DNA of 63,991 nucleotides, filler included, from Reticulomyxa filosa (taxonomy: Eukaryota > Protista > Foraminifera), in the NCBI GenBank assembly GCA_000512085.1. It is 14 parts of 14 records of this genome, joined end to end, with 100 filler letters (N's around TTAATTAATTAA, not from the genome) between each part and the next. Parts side by side here need not be neighbours in the genome. Positions count along the whole stretch, not along the records: positions 1 to 6,068 come from ASPP01014033.1; positions 6,169 to 8,448 come from ASPP01029183.1; positions 8,549 to 20,533 come from ASPP01009367.1; 11 more parts are not named here. One strand, 5' to 3'. A model generated the notes under the pieces. That model had not been told where the DNA came from and did not search any database. It saw only the letters and a list, made by a program, of their open reading frames with translations. Of the stretch, positions 1 through 13,893 are shown piece after piece (the first letter of the stretch is position 1; every line of letters starts with the position of its first letter). The translations under genes were made by a program, and so were the position numbers.

Positions 1-468
1 AAAAAAAAAAAAAAAAAAAAAGTTTATCATACGGCCATTTGTTTTTGTTTGATTTGGATCACATTGTGACTGATTCCTTCAAACTTTTCTCCATTTAAAA
101 ATCCAAGTCCTTCAATTGTCAAGAGGGGGCTTGCGTTTTGATAATTTGTTTGCTGCACAAACACAATTTTTTTTCTTTTTGTCTCAAATGTTAACGAATT
201 TAAACCTTACCCATTGTTGTGCTATTCCTCAAAAGTGTTCGAGCTGAAGCTTTTTGAAACCACTTTGTGTAGTGCCATATCCAAATACAAATTTTAAACA
301 AATCTTTCTCCAACTAGTACTTTTTGCATTTGACCTTCACAATACGTTACCTCTTTTTTTTTTTTTTTTTGTAAAAAAAAAGGGGCAAATTAAATATAAC
401 TGGTCATAATTCTTATTCAGTGATTACATTTCTTTTTGCTGTTTGCAAATTTTTTTTGGAATAAAATA

Positions 469-1122
469 ATGTCAGCAATATTGATGTGTCTGACAGACGT
501 GACAATGTACTTGAAGTACCTAGTGTTGGATTTAATAAAACACAAGCTGGCAATACTGTACTGCGGATGGTATTTGAATCGTGTGTTTGCCAAAGCGAAG
601 TTGCCACCTGAGTCTTTTCATGTTTCATGGACAAGGCTGTTGCTTCACGATCTATCAAAATTTCGAATGGATGAGTTTGTACCATATGCAAGATTTTTTC
701 GTGGAAACAAAGATGAGCATTGCCGTGAGTTTGAAAAGGCATGTCGGAGGCACTTCTTAAGGAACGATCATCATAGCGAATACTGGGACTTGGCCAGTTA
801 TAAAATGTCTTGGGAAGCATTGTTGGAGTTGGTGACAGATTGGTTTGCGGCTGAATTCAGTTACAACGGCTCATGGCCGCGACCTGGTCTATGGCTCTGG
901 GTTCAGCGCAATTGGAACAACCCCGACAAACTTAAGTTTCATCCGCAAACTAAAATTTTATTGCAAGCTTTGCTTTGTTTCTTGGGATTTGCCGAAGACG
1001 TCGGGGGGTTCCCTGTTGTTAATCTTGATTATACCCATGAGGGTGACCTTGATTTGGAGCATACTGAACGATTCAAAGAGTTGTCCATTGCTTATCGTCA
1101 AACCATTAAAAAAAAACAATAG
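469..1122 (+). CDS. DUF5662-family (HD-like) protein, intronless
   Basis: Motifs IKHK..., LLLHDLSKF..DEFVPYARFF, RHFLRNDHHSEYW and M...ALLELVTDWFAA match the DUF5662 pattern. First ATG is at 469. Confidence 0.8.
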   Translation: MSAILMCLTDVTMYLKYLVLDLIKHKLAILYCGWYLNRVFAKAKLPPESFHVSWTRLLLHDLSKFRMDEFVPYARFFRGNKDEHCREFEKACRRHFLRNDHHSEYWDLASYKMSWEALLELVTDWFAAEFSYNGSWPRPGLWLWVQRNWNNPDKLKFHPQTKILLQALLCFLGFAEDVGGFPVVNLDYTHEGDLDLEHTERFKELSIAYRQTIKKKQ

Positions 1123-1569
1123 TATTGAAAAAACTTCTTTTCATTCTTTTTTTTTTTTTGTCGAATATTTTACTAGCCGCTTTTTTTAAAAAAAATTGTC
1201 ATTAGAAACATGTCAATGTTCAAATCCGTCTTTAATTGTCAATTTTCTCATTTCAGTCATTTTATTGATTACCCTTTTTTTTGTTTAGCCGAAGACCAAC
1301 AACAAGATAAACAAGTTTCATGTAACTAACAAAAAAAAGGGGATTGAGTAGCTTGACAAACAAGATCAAATAATTATATGTTATAAAAAAGTCAAATAAA
1401 AATATTTAGTTACATATTTTAAAGTGTTGTCATTATTTAGTGCTGGATCTCTTGTTGCACAACAGCAGTGGCTAAACTTTTTGTCATAAAAAAAAATTTT
1501 TTTACAAAAAGTTTATTTATTTTTCTTAAAAAAAAAAAATTCAAATTTTTGGGGTAATTTTTGAATTGT

Positions 1570-2746
1570 CTATCCCCACAATCGAATCGTCTCGTCCTCA
1601 GAGGCTGTCGCAATTGTACCACCATCTGGTGAAATATCAACCCCCATTATCTCACCAGTATGTCCTTTAAGTTGTTGTATCAGCATTCCTGTTTTTACAT
1701 CCCATAATCGGAGCCTTTCAGCATAAGTTGAGACAAGAGTTTGACCATCTGGAAAATATTGCAAATCATTAATATGTTCAAAGTGTCCTTTCCATTGGTT
1801 TACAATCTTTCCCGATTCCCTGTCCCAAATTAAAATTGTGCCATTAGAATTGGAAACAACGAATCTCCCATCCGGTGAAAATCGCGCTCTTACTACCTCG
1901 TCTGAATGTCCTTTTAAAGTTTGTATCCTTTCACCTGACTTCACATCCCAAATTTCAATTGCGCTAGCGGAAATTGATATGATTGAATTACCATCTGGTG
2001 AATATTCTACATCAGCTACTATATCTGGGAACCCTTCCAAGACTTTAATTGTCTGTCCTGATTTTACATTCCACAATCGAATTGTTTTATCACATGAACA
2101 AGACACAATTGCATTTCCATCTGGTGAAAATTCACATTTTCCTACCATTTTAGAATGTCCTTCCAATTTTTTTATTTGTTTCCATGAATTAACATCCCAC
2201 AACTGAATAGAGGCATCTTCTAACCCAAATACAATCATTGTCCCATCTGGTGAAAATCGCGCAGGGTCAATAAGCCTTGAATTAAGGATTATTTTTTGCA
2301 TTTGTTTTCCTGACGCTACATCCCATAGACGAATTGTTTGATTACCGGAAACTGAAACTATTTTTGTACCATCTGGTGAAAATTTTAGACTTTGTACATC
2401 TTTCCAATGCCCTCCAAGGACTCTTAATAGTTTAAAATGATTAGCCTACATTCCAACACTTTGTTTTTGTTCAACGAAACAGTGATCAATCGTTCAATCA
2501 AATAAAAGATATACGTATTAACATATCGTGCAATAATCTCATTGAATTGTGGGATCCATCCATAATTTACTAAATGCAAGCGGGCCCAATTTTCCATTAT
2601 TAATGTTATTTGCTCTTTTGTCTTTTTTTTTTTTTTAATATTCTTTGTCAAACAAAAAGAAAGCGGCTTTTCTTCTTTACCAAGGATGATTCGTACAATT
2701 GTGGAGAATCTTCAGAACTCTCAGGATCCGTAGAATTCTCCTTCAT
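1570..2746 (-). CDS. WD40-repeat protein (about 3 exons; main exon about 2445-1570)
   Basis: Repeated GH...FSPDG...S.D.TIRLWD units. The frame stays open upstream of 2301 to an AG acceptor near 2446. Upstream exons encode ...ENWARLHLVNYGWIPQFNEIIARY and MKENSTDPESS (ATG 2746). Confidence 0.9.
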
Positions 2747-5700
2747 TTTTTTGCAGGCTTTCAAAACTTCTCTCTTTTCTAATCTTAAGGTATAATGAGA
2801 TTGTAAGCAGATTTTTTTGGATTACCCCCCTTTAAAAATTCTTCAAGTAATTTCAAAACTACGTAAGACAACTTTGAATTTCACAACAAAAAGGTATATG
2901 TACACAATTAATCAAATTTTGTTGGTGCTAATATCTCAGAGAAGTTCGTATATCGAATGTTTATTCATTTGTGAATAAAAAATAACTTTTATATTTTGTA
3001 TGAAGAAAGCAAGATTTATTACGATTCTTTTTTTGCGCAATGTTTATGGCAAATAATTCATTCTATTGATTGCGATTGCTTAAGCTTTTTTTTCAATGGA
3101 ATACGTTCTTCTTTGTACGATATTACTTTTCACAGCTTTTTCTTTAGTGATTTTAAATCACCAAAAGTAAACTTGTAAATACCAAACAAAGGAAAAACAA
3201 CTAAGATTTCCATTCCATTTTTTAGAGCTGAAAAAAAGCAATAAAGTTATGTCATGACAATTGTGATATTTAACTTGGTAATATTTTATTCTTCCGATGA
3301 TCTTTCATTGCAAATCTGATTAAGTATTTGAAATAGTCCCTCATCACGCATTGTAGCTAATATCTGTTACGATTAAATCAACGCTTTTTTAATAATGCAA
3401 AAAAACGCTCAAAGACTTTCCAGTCATGAAAGAACACGCGAATTTAAAATTCGTTTCTTTTCAAAAAAGGATTTTATTTGTTGATTTTAAATCTAAATTC
3501 ATCAATTGCAATACTTACAACTTCAAAAAAGTTTTCATTTTTATGCATGGGACTGGTTTAATGGCTTGTAATATTTTAGATTTGGAGTAATTCCAATAGA
3601 ATGTTTTATGACACACTGAAGAAATTAAAAGACATTTGTTTAAGATGTTTCAAAATATTCATAATATATGCCAGCACATTTCTCTTAATATTTTCAATTT
3701 ATTTCTTTCTTTGAATCTATTGCATTCATCACTAGAGGTAAGTATACAAAAAAATTTTTCAATGACCTATTTCATACATTTTAACTCATTGATGCCAGAA
3801 ATAGAACAAGTAAGTATCTACAAATCAGTTATCATATGCTATACAACATATTACAATCCAATGTAATAAATTAGGTACAAATAGTAATCAAATATTTGAA
3901 AATATGAAACATCTTTTACAACAAATTGAATTTGAACAACGCAATGATAATAATTGGCATTGTTTAAATATTATTCCATCATTACATATTTGGAGGGTAT
4001 ATATAACTAGTAACCGATCAGCAAATAATGTATTATTGATATGTGCATTTTAATAATATAAAATCATATTTGCTAAAAAAAACAGATGCAAAATGGATAT
4101 GAAATTTCAAGAACAGTATATATGCTATCGAATGCAAATGGAAAGAATATGAAATTTTATTTAATTGTAAACATCAAACAATAATGTTATTTTATGAAAA
4201 TAAATTAAAAATAAAATCATTACAACTTGGAAATCTAAACAAGTTACCATTAAAATTTAATGATCATATTCAATAATACAATGAAATTGGTGTCAATGAC
4301 ACATATGCCAAATGGGCTTGTCTCATTCCCAATCATAATTGAAAATTTTGTACAATCCATTGGCGAAATACTTCTTATAAATTATTACTCAGTTAAGCAA
4401 AAAGGCAACATTGTCTTTTTAAATTTTGAGATACAATATCTTGTTCTAATACGTTTTTATTGATAGTATTGATTTAAACTAATTCTATCAAAAAAGAAAG
4501 AGCAATTGTTTTCAAGACTTGACAACACAAGATCTACATCCACTAGCAAAATTTTTGATTTGTATAATTTCTACCAGCTTAAAATAGCAAAAAAACAACT
4601 TAGAAAGTGCAAATTGTTTACAAGGCAAAAAAATTTAAATTGCATAACATTATTTTCTTTAAAACAATAAACAATTAATTAATTTGCAAGAAAGTAAATT
4701 ACTCATAAATTGTATTTTAGTGCTAATAAAAGTGAAAGTAGCTCTACAAAAATACAAAACGCAAAACATACACAAAAAAATGCTAGTAGCGACACAAAAA
4801 ACTAAAAATATATATTTACAATTTTTAAAAAAAGCAAACAAATACTTTTGCTTTTTTGTCTTTTTTTCCTTTTTTTGATATAGCACGAAAATCTAGCAAT
4901 ATCAATATAAAAAAGAGTTCCTTAAAAAAAAGTGTATTAAATAATTAAATAATATAAACGAAAAAACGTTAAAGCTTTAATAAAGTGAAAACTTGCTATC
5001 ATTGATTTTTTTATAGCCAAATAAAAATTAACAAACTGTACATCATATGAAAAGTAGCGAAATATCAAATCAAGTGGACAATGACTAGCGCGTCATTGCG
5101 AATAATATGCTTTTTTTTACCAAATACAATTGTCTTCATCACGAAAATAAACAGCTATGCCTTTATATGTACAAAACTAGATGAAGGAAAAAATAGTTTT
5201 ACTTTGCTTTATTGTCCTCTTCGGGCGTCACAGCAAGCATACAACAAGTCATTTTCATCGATGCAACTCAAGTTTGTTCGAAGAGAGGTTTTGTCGAAGA
5301 AACGTAGTTTTTTTGACGGAGCTTTTTTTGACTTTTTACAGCTGGCAAGCAGCGAGTTTAGTTTTTTTTTCTGTTTGCCACTAATAGCACTACAAACAAC
5401 CACTTCCAATGCTCCTCAAGAGCTTGTGCGTTTCATTACTCTAATAAAGGCAGGAAAGTATGAACTTTCAAGAGGTTCTTACTCCAATTGACTTTTGAGC
5501 GGTCACTATTTCGCCGAATCGTGCAAAAAAAAAAAACAACAACAATAGTGACAACATCCAAGGTCGAGCTTATGTGCAAAAGGAGGAATTTTTTTCTCTT
5601 GAGCTCAACAAAAAATGAAAACAAAATACATATGTCTTCCCGATCGGCTTGCATATTTTTATTTTTTTTAAGAATTCAAGAAAAGTTATATTACAATCCG

Positions 5701-5807
5701 CAACAGCCAATTGTATCACAAAAAGATGACAGAACAAAAGACAAACAAAAAATTGTAAAAACAAAAAAAAAAAAAATCTAGTGTCGCGTAATAATGGTCA
5801 ACCAACT

Positions 5808-6068
5808 TCACAGCCGTACTTCCTCCTCAACTTTTTGTTCTTCAGACGGCTTTCTACCAGCAGAGTCTCCATCCATGTCCGGACTGAGTTCGTCAGCAGA
5901 GTCTCCACTATTTTCTTTGCTTTCTTCTTTGTGGACCTGTTTACCTACTGTTTTGTCTGGCTTCGAAGAGCCTCCAGAAGACGAAGCAAATTTCTTTTTC
6001 AAAAACTCTTTCATGGCATTGCTTGATGCATACTTGGCCGGACTCATCCCCACACTGTTTTTTTTTTT
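5808..6068 (-). CDS. 3' end of an unknown protein (Ser/Glu/Lys-rich tail), truncated by contig edge
   Basis: GC-richer open frame KYASSNAMKEFLKKKF...EEEVRL* running from the spacer. Confidence 0.5.
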   Translation of the reverse strand, partial: KKKNSVGMSPAKYASSNAMKEFLKKKFASSSGGSSKPDKTVGKQVHKEESKENSGDSADELSPDMDGDSAGRKPSEEQKVEEEVRL

Positions 6069-6168
6069 NNNNNNNNNNNNNNNNNNNNNNNNNNNNNNNN
6101 NNNNNNNNNNNNTTAATTAATTAANNNNNNNNNNNNNNNNNNNNNNNNNNNNNNNNNNNNNNNNNNNN
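6069..6168. other. Artificial contig-joining spacer (N44-TTAATTAATTAA-N44). Identical spacers at 8449-8548, 20534-20633, 23455-23554, 27356-27455, 35453-35552, 38737-38836, 48249-48348, 50455-50554, 53424-53523, 55322-55421, 61700-61799 and 62892-62991.
   Basis: Each is exactly 100 nt. TTAATTAATTAA places stops in all six frames, and genes are truncated at spacer edges. Confidence 0.98.
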
Positions 6169-6521
6169 AAATCAAGCAAGAACAACTTTTCTTCATATTT
6201 GCCAATTGATACTATTGCTCTAAAACAGCTGCAATATCACACTCAAATGGTGTGAGAAAAATGTATGTACTCTAGTTTTTGTGAATAATAATCAAAAATC
6301 ATTGAGCCTACAAAAAAAAATAAGACGAATTACAGATTATGTTCAAACCAAACAACAAAAAAGTCGAATGGCTATTTCTGGAGTGTCAAAATAACTGTTT
6401 AACTTTTTTGTTTAATTTAAAAAACTTGAATACAAACATAATTATCCAAACAAGAAGCAAAGGAAATTTATTCTATTTTGTGGATATTCAATTGCTGAGA
6501 TTCAAAATTTCTTTGATATAT

Positions 6522-8448
6522 TCATCCCCAGAGACGGACAGTTCCATCGTATGAAGCAGAACATAAAACAAATTGAGATGAAGTATTGGTTGTTGCATCT
6601 GGCTCTGGACCAATACCATTCGATGTATTAATAATATCAGAAGCAGGAGAAATGACATTGGCTGGTAATTGTGCAAATTGAATACAAGTCACTGGTTTTG
6701 TATGTCCATTGAGGACATGCAATTGTTTAGTGGTTCGAGTATCCCAAAAACGAATGGTTTTGTCATATGATCCAGAACAAATCACATATCCATTGCCAGA
6801 AGAATTGGAAGATTTGATAGTGCTGGGATTTAAAAAGCCAAACATTGACCTGCTCCTATTGCGATCACTTTTTCTGTTTTCATCAAAATTTAGAAAGGGT
6901 GAAAATTGAACACAATTGACAAGTCCTGTGTGTCCTTTGAAAATGTGCGTCTGTTTGCCGGTTCGAACATCCCACAAGCGAATGGTCGAGTCTCCCGACC
7001 CAGAGCAAATGAGATTGGAACAAGCAGTAGAGATAGAAGAAGGAGCAGAGCCAGTATTGCGAAAGGGTAAAAATTGAATACAAAGCACAAGATGTTCATG
7101 TCCCTTGAAAACAGATACCAACTTTGCTGTTTCGACATCCCATAATCGAACAGTTTTATCACGTGACGCGGAGCAAATGGTATGTCCAGATCCACCAACG
7201 ACATGAGATTCATAGGATTGCATTTGTTGACTTTTGACATGATCTCCATCCGAATGAAAAGAATGTGAGCTTGTCTCTTGCAAAGATGGCGAAAATTGAA
7301 CACAAGTAACAGGCTCTGTATGTCCAGTCAAAATGTGCAATGGTTTGTACTTGGAGACATCCCAAAGATGAATTGTCTTATCATCTGATCCAGAACATAG
7401 GAATCGACCAGAATAAATGATGAAAAAGCAATACTTCGAACAGGTCGCGTATGACCGTTGAGACAGTGTATTTCCTTTGCAGCTTCAACATCCCAAAATC
7501 TGATGGTTTTGTCCGTTGATGCGGAACAAATGACAATTGATGGATGAATGGAATCATCATTGCATCTTTCGTGAGATGATAGCTTTGATGGAAAATAATA
7601 GTGAAACAGAGAATATTGAACACAACATACAGAAGCTGTATGTCCCTCAAAGGTTTGCAATTGTTTGGCAGATTGCACATCCCATAATTGAACATTTTCG
7701 TTTTCTGCAGTGCAAATGGTGCGTCCACCATCAAATGGTGAGAATTGCACACTTAATATACTACCCATGTTGATAGTGAAAGCACGCAATTGCTTGACTG
7801 ATTTGATCCCATAAAATGAAGGGAAAAGAGAATTCGTAATATTAGGTGATGAAACAACCGAAAATGAATGACCAGGTCTGTTATCAATTGAAAAAAAATT
7901 TTCATCTATTTCTTTGCTTTCAAATTGAAGTTTATCTATTTGTGGCTCCTCTTTTTTCTCATTTTGCAATTGCAAATCTTCTTCTTCTTTTGGAATGGGC
8001 TATATGACAGACAAACATATCACATTTATATATTTATATATATAAATATATAAATGTGATATGTTCTTGAAATAAAGAATACCTGTTTTTGCTGAAATTT
8101 TTCCACAAATTTGTCAACCAATTTCTTGTGAGTGGCTCTATATGATGTCAAATGATTATTTTCTTCTGATCTGAGCATAATGACATCACATCCAAATGGC
8201 TTGAATATACAATCATCCAATTTCAAAGGACATTCATGTTCCAAGTGATGATCCAAATATTTTAATTCTTTTTTAAAATCACATTCTATTGGCTTGTCGT
8301 TTAATGTTGTTTGTTTGGTTCCTTCTTCTTGTTGGTCAATAATGTCTTTTGCATTGAGTTGATATTGCAATGGGCACACAACGATCAAATCATTAATGTA
8401 GTTTTGAATGAAATTGACTGGACCATACTTACATTCATGGTCTCCAAC
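6522..8448 (-). CDS. TRAF-type Zn-finger / coiled-coil / WD40 protein, 5'-truncated, with one frameshift near 7410
   Basis: VVCP...CDFK..LDHHLEHECPL...CIFKPFGC...H at 8026-8388, followed by WD40 repeats (ICSASTDKTIRFWD, ICSGSYDKTIRFWD). The frame switches to ...SGRFLCSGSDDKTIHLWD near 7410. Confidence 0.85.
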
Positions 8449-8560
8449 NNNNNNNNNNNNNNNNNNNNNNNNNNNNNNNNNNNNNNNNNNNNTTAATTAA
8501 TTAANNNNNNNNNNNNNNNNNNNNNNNNNNNNNNNNNNNNNNNNNNNNTTTTTTAACCCC

Positions 8561-8592
<32 letters not shown>

Positions 8593-8630
8593 CTTATCAT
8601 TTCAAAAAAAAAAAAAAAAAGTACACAAAA

Positions 8631-11600
8631 ATGAACAGTGATTTACAGAACGAAGTATTGCGATTGGAAATCAATCGAATGAAAGAAAAGAATGCGACAT
8701 TGGAGGAGAACTACAAACAATTGGAAGAGAAATATTCAGAGGAAACCAATCGACTGAAGAACCGGGTCGACGCGATGAATCGATGGGTGCGTATTCAAAG
8801 CGACGATCGTAAGTCGGTGATAAAGCTGGAAATGGACGAGGCGAAGAAGATGGAAGAGGACAACGAGAGGATGACGAAGGAACTGCAGCAGTTGCAAGAG
8901 CAGATGCGACGACAGCAATTGGAGTTTGATGAGAAAACCAAAGAGTTGAATACGCAACACAACAACGAAATGGCGAAAATAAATCGCAAATATCGACACT
9001 CGACACAACTGTATGAAATCGACCTGGAGAACGTGAAGAAGAATTATGAAAAGGAAATGAATCGATTGAACCAATCAGTCAAAGACCTGAGTCTGAAGTT
9101 GAAGTCGGAGCAATCCAAAGACCTGTTGATTCAATCGCTGCATGAGCAGATCAATCAAAAGCTGCAGGACATTGAAAAGTTGAAGACTCACTACGACACG
9201 ATCATCGACACGATGACCCAAGAGCATGACGACGAAGTCACGCAACTCACGTTGAAGCTGCAGGACGTGCAGCAGGCCCTTCAACGCATCACCAAAACCA
9301 CTCAAAGCAAAATCGACGAGTTGCAAAAGCAGGTGCAAGACCTCACGCAAAAGTTCGACCAATCGCGTCAAGAGAATCAAAGATTGAAGTTTGACCTTCA
9401 AAAGAGTCAACAAAAGCGCATTCAAGATGCTGTCAATGCCAATGCCAATGCCAACGCCAATGCCAATGCCAATGCCAATGCCAATACTGCAAGCAGCAAG
9501 CACGCGACACAGAGATCCTTGCCTGATCCCAGAAGAGGAGGAGGTGGAGGAGGAGGGAGCAGCGAAGAGCATAACAAACCCTTCTTGTCGTTCCATCGTC
9601 GCAGAGGAAGCAGCATCACCATCGAACACGATGGCAAAGGCAATTCCAGCAAAATCCTCATTGAAAAGGCCAAGTTGGATGACGACACCAATAGCATTTC
9701 TGAAAACTTTGAAGTGAGCGACGACGGAGTTGGCGACGACTACAGATTGGCCAGTTCCAACAACTCGCTATCGAGAAAAGAGGACTTTTTTGAGTTGAAA
9801 GAGTTGGAATCGGATTGGCACGAGAGCGATGAAGAGAAGGACAAAGAGGAGCAACAACAACAACAACAACAACAACAACAACGAAACCAACAACAAACGA
9901 ATGACGATTTGGAAAAAAATACAAAGACATAATCGAGTCGCTACGTATTCGAAATAAAACTCTGGAAAAAGAATGGAACAATTATAGGAAACAAATGGAA
10001 ACTGAAGTCAAACAACTGAACGACAAAATCGTCGAATTAAAAAATGACAACGATCGCCAAAACGACGAATTGGTGAATGACAAGCAGAGACTGCTATATA
10101 CCATAAAACAAAAGGATATCGCCATTCGTAGACACGAGACAGACGCTGAAAAGCAGCAGGAAAAATATTTGCAACAAATTGAAGAGAAAAACCAACAAAT
10201 CCGAAACTTGGAAATTGATATTTTTACTAAAAAAGGGGAGCTAAACTCGCTTGGCGATCTGGTGGACACGTTGCAAAAGGAATTGGAAGACTTGAAATAC
10301 GAAGTGTCTCGCACACCCAAAGGCCCCGAAATCACTGCAAAATCACCAGACGAGTCCAAAATGGTTCGACCCACCCACTTGAAATATCCCAGCTATCCCG
10401 AAGACGAGGAAATCGAAGACGACACGGATCCTCGTCAACCCGTCTATCCTGGACACAACAAAGAGGAGACCATCAACGCTTATATGCCATGGTCACAGCA
10501 CGATGACAATGAAATCATCTCTGGAGAGCCTGTCTTAGGCACCATGAACTCCTATGGCTTTGGAGCTGATGAAGTCATTGACATGGAGTATGGCTTTGGT
10601 AATGACGACGAAAAAGATAATTCCAAACAAATTGAGAACACAGGTAGGGATTAGAGATTGCATTGTAATTTTATTAATATATATAATATACACATAAATG
10701 TATATATACATTTATATACATCGAATCCCAAATCTCAACGCACAAAATAAAACTGCAGATGCTGACATCACCATGGACAAGTACGACAATTTGTTCTATG
10801 GAAGTAAAGTAGAACCAACGGAGCCAGCGGCGACAGTGGAGCCAGATGAATTCAATCAACAGAACACAAGAAATCAGGATCGCATAGAGAACACCGTACC
10901 GACAGGATATGCGACAGCGAATGCGGAGCCAACAAAGTCGGTTCCCAACGCTGCAGATAATGGCAACAATAGCAACAATAGCAACAATGGCTTCAGTGAA
11001 GCGGCGCCAAACAACAACAACAAAGCCAGTTTGAATAATGAAATCGAAGCCAATCAAACAGTAATGTCACGAATCGAAGAAGAAAATGAACAACTGCGCG
11101 AAGAATTACAAAAAAAAACACAGGAATTGTCCAAACACGTAAAGACAATTAGCGAATTGGAAGAAGTGATCAAAGACTGGGCACAAGGGGGAAAATACCT
11201 TTATTCGAATCCAAACAACGACAACAATAACAGCAACGACGAGGATATGTTGAAAAACGATGGAACCAATCAATGGGTTGCCAACAAACGCGTGGAAACT
11301 CAGATTTATTTAAATCAAATGAAAGCAGACTTGGAAAAATTGGATCAGTTTGAAAGGATGAATCAATCCAAAAGATTTGAGCAGCACGAGCTACTTATTC
11401 CCAAATCCAATCAACAAAATGAAAAGCAAGACACTGACGTTCAGTCCAACGGTATTATTCTATCCATCTGCTTTTAATTTTCTCGCAATTGATTCAACAT
11501 CACATATATGCACATGCATGCATGCACGCAATTCTATGTTGTTGTTGTTTTTTTTAATTGCTGTGTTTGCGAATGCATTTCTGCAGAAAAAGTAAAGACA

Positions 11601-12219
11601 AAAGCAAACGAATATTCTTCTTCTGCCAACGCAACAACGGACCAACAGCCTTCGTCGCCATTGTTATATGGAGTAACGCCAGGTGGTGTGGTATCGACTC
11701 GTAGCAGTGGATCGAGTACACACGAGCTGATGCCATCTGCACAGCCTCCTGCTGACAAAACCAGCGCAGCAACAGCGACGACAAACCTTGGCAACGAAGA
11801 ACAATGGACCGCGTCAGGATCCTGTCAATAACACGGACAACAAGGGCAACGAGAACGCTCCGCGATTCACACAAGAATTGGAAAAGATGAAGACAGCCAA
11901 AGAAACAGCCACTAAAAAGTATGAGCAAGCAAAAGAGCTTTGCGAAAAACAGCGTGAGAAACTAAGAGATTTGTATAATAAATTAGAAGAAAGCACACGC
12001 AGTTTGGAGCAACTCAGAGACGTCAAAAATGTCAAAATTCATCGTTTGTGGAATGAATTACGTGACGCCAAAAAAGAATTCACTGAGAAGATTGCGTCTA
12101 TGACTGCGCACATGGAAAAACAATCGAAAGAAATCAAACGGATCGAACAAGAAAAAATCAATACCTTAGTCATGTTTGCACACGAAATGGAAAAAATGCG
12201 AGGATTTCTCAAAAAATAA
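8631..12219 (+). CDS. Large multi-exon coiled-coil protein with AN, G, Q and N low-complexity tracts; apparent indels near 9915 and 11786
   Basis: Consecutive heptad-rich ORFs 8631-9932, 9995-10654, 10698-11477 and 11788-12219. GT-AG introns at about 10643-10758 and 11452-11586. One extra A in the A7 run at 9913-9919 restores LEKKYKDIIESLR. Confidence 0.75.
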
Positions 12220-13116
12220 ATCCTATTGGCAGCAAAATATATACTAATTTTCCAAAAGAAGAAATGTGGGAGAGACACAAACCTTTATTCATGTGATTGT
12301 TTGCGAGTATATCTTTGTTGGTGTTTTATTTATTTGTTTGGAGACGTTTTTTTTATTTTTGTTGCGAAATGCACGTTGTTTTTCTTTTTTTTTTGTCCAT
12401 TCTTTTGATATTGACACAACTTGTTTTTTGTCACTGTAATTTTTGTTGTTGCAAAATGTTTGGCGTTTCAGTTTGCACGTGGAACTATGTTAATTATTGA
12501 AAGAAAATTTGTTGTAATGATAATTTGAAATTTCTTGCGACATAATCACAGAACAATTTTAGCAACAGTTTGTATATAATACGTGAATAGCTTTTAAATT
12601 TTAAGATATTAATCACAATGCTGATCATAATAATATATGAACACATTTTTTCATAAAATTTCACTTCAGCAACAGAAGTGGAAGTAGATAACATCACTAA
12701 AAAATGTTGTATTGATTGTGTGGCAACTGACATAAAATCAGTTGACTAGCTTTTTGCCTTTGAGTTTTGGAAAACAAAAAGTTCAAAGTTGTAATTTTCG
12801 AATTGTTTGTTAATGTTAGTGCTCATTGAAACTTCTTACTGCTTTGGAGATTCTAAGTGCTTTGTATGTTTGCTCAGCCTGATGTCAAATCTTTGTTTTG
12901 TACAGTTTGAGAAATTTCTTTTTGTTATTTGTATACAAGTTTATACTTAAAAACAGTACGAACTAATTACAGTATTTATGCAAAATTAAAAAATGTTTGC
13001 AATTAAAGATTTTTTTTTTGCAAAAAAAACTTTGTTGTGTGTTTTGTAATGTATTTTGAAATTTATTGTTTTTTTTTCATATTTTGTATTTTTTTAATTT
13101 GTATTTACTTTGATGA

Positions 13117-13337
13117 TGTGGGACTTGTGAGAAGATTAATTGTAATACGAAAGGAGCTTAGTTCCAAGAGAGTAATTTCAGTAAAAGAAAGTTAATTAAA
13201 GAGAATAATTACAACGCAAGTAAAGAAACAAGTAAAACAAGAGTAAAGTGAGTATTGCCAAGAAGATTGTTTTAACCCACTGGTGGTCCCAACGTTCCGT
13301 TAGTATTTAAGGATTTAATGTAGTGACTTTACCTACA
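13117..13337 (-). mobile_element. Solo-LTR-like dispersed repeat (about 220 bp), copy 1
   Basis: Reverse complement aligns along its length with 55422-55645. Termini are TGTGGG...CCTACA, with ATGA on both flanks. Confidence 0.6.
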
Positions 13338-13893
13338 ATGATTATTTCACTAATTACGAAATGTTTTTTTGAATAAATGTATAAAAAAAAGAAAATTTTT
13401 TGCGAATTTTCGAAGAAGGGATAACATGATTTTCAAAAGCACACAAATAAACTATAAAAAGATTTTTGTATGAAACGTATATATATTATATATGAAATTC
13501 TTACTTTTTTTGAAATTGTTGAACAAATTCAACAAATATGTTTTTGATTTTGTTCATTTCGAGAAAAAAAAGTTAAATGAGTTTTGAACATTTTGGTGCT
13601 ACGTTTTTACCATTTAAAAGCATAGGCATATTTAAAAATGTTACATAGCGAACTTACATGAAAAACTTTGTGAATTATGAATATTTCCAACAAGAAACAA
13701 AGACCATAACTTTTGTAAAGCATTATAGCGTTGAAAATAAAAGAATCAAAAGTTAGCACTGTAAGCAAATATTAAAAAAATGTTAGGAACATATAAAGCA
13801 AAACAAAAAAGCTGTTGTGTATTCGGAAAAAAAGGAAAAGGTTTCTACGTTTTAAAGAAGGGAAAAAAGCTTGAAATTTGCTCCATTGAAACA

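Noticed and set aside
3500-4470. Possible decayed gene
   Set aside because: Short broken frames with no recognisable motif
9905-9935. Euplotes-type programmed frameshift
   Set aside because: No AAA-stop motif at the shift site. A homopolymer miscall explains it.
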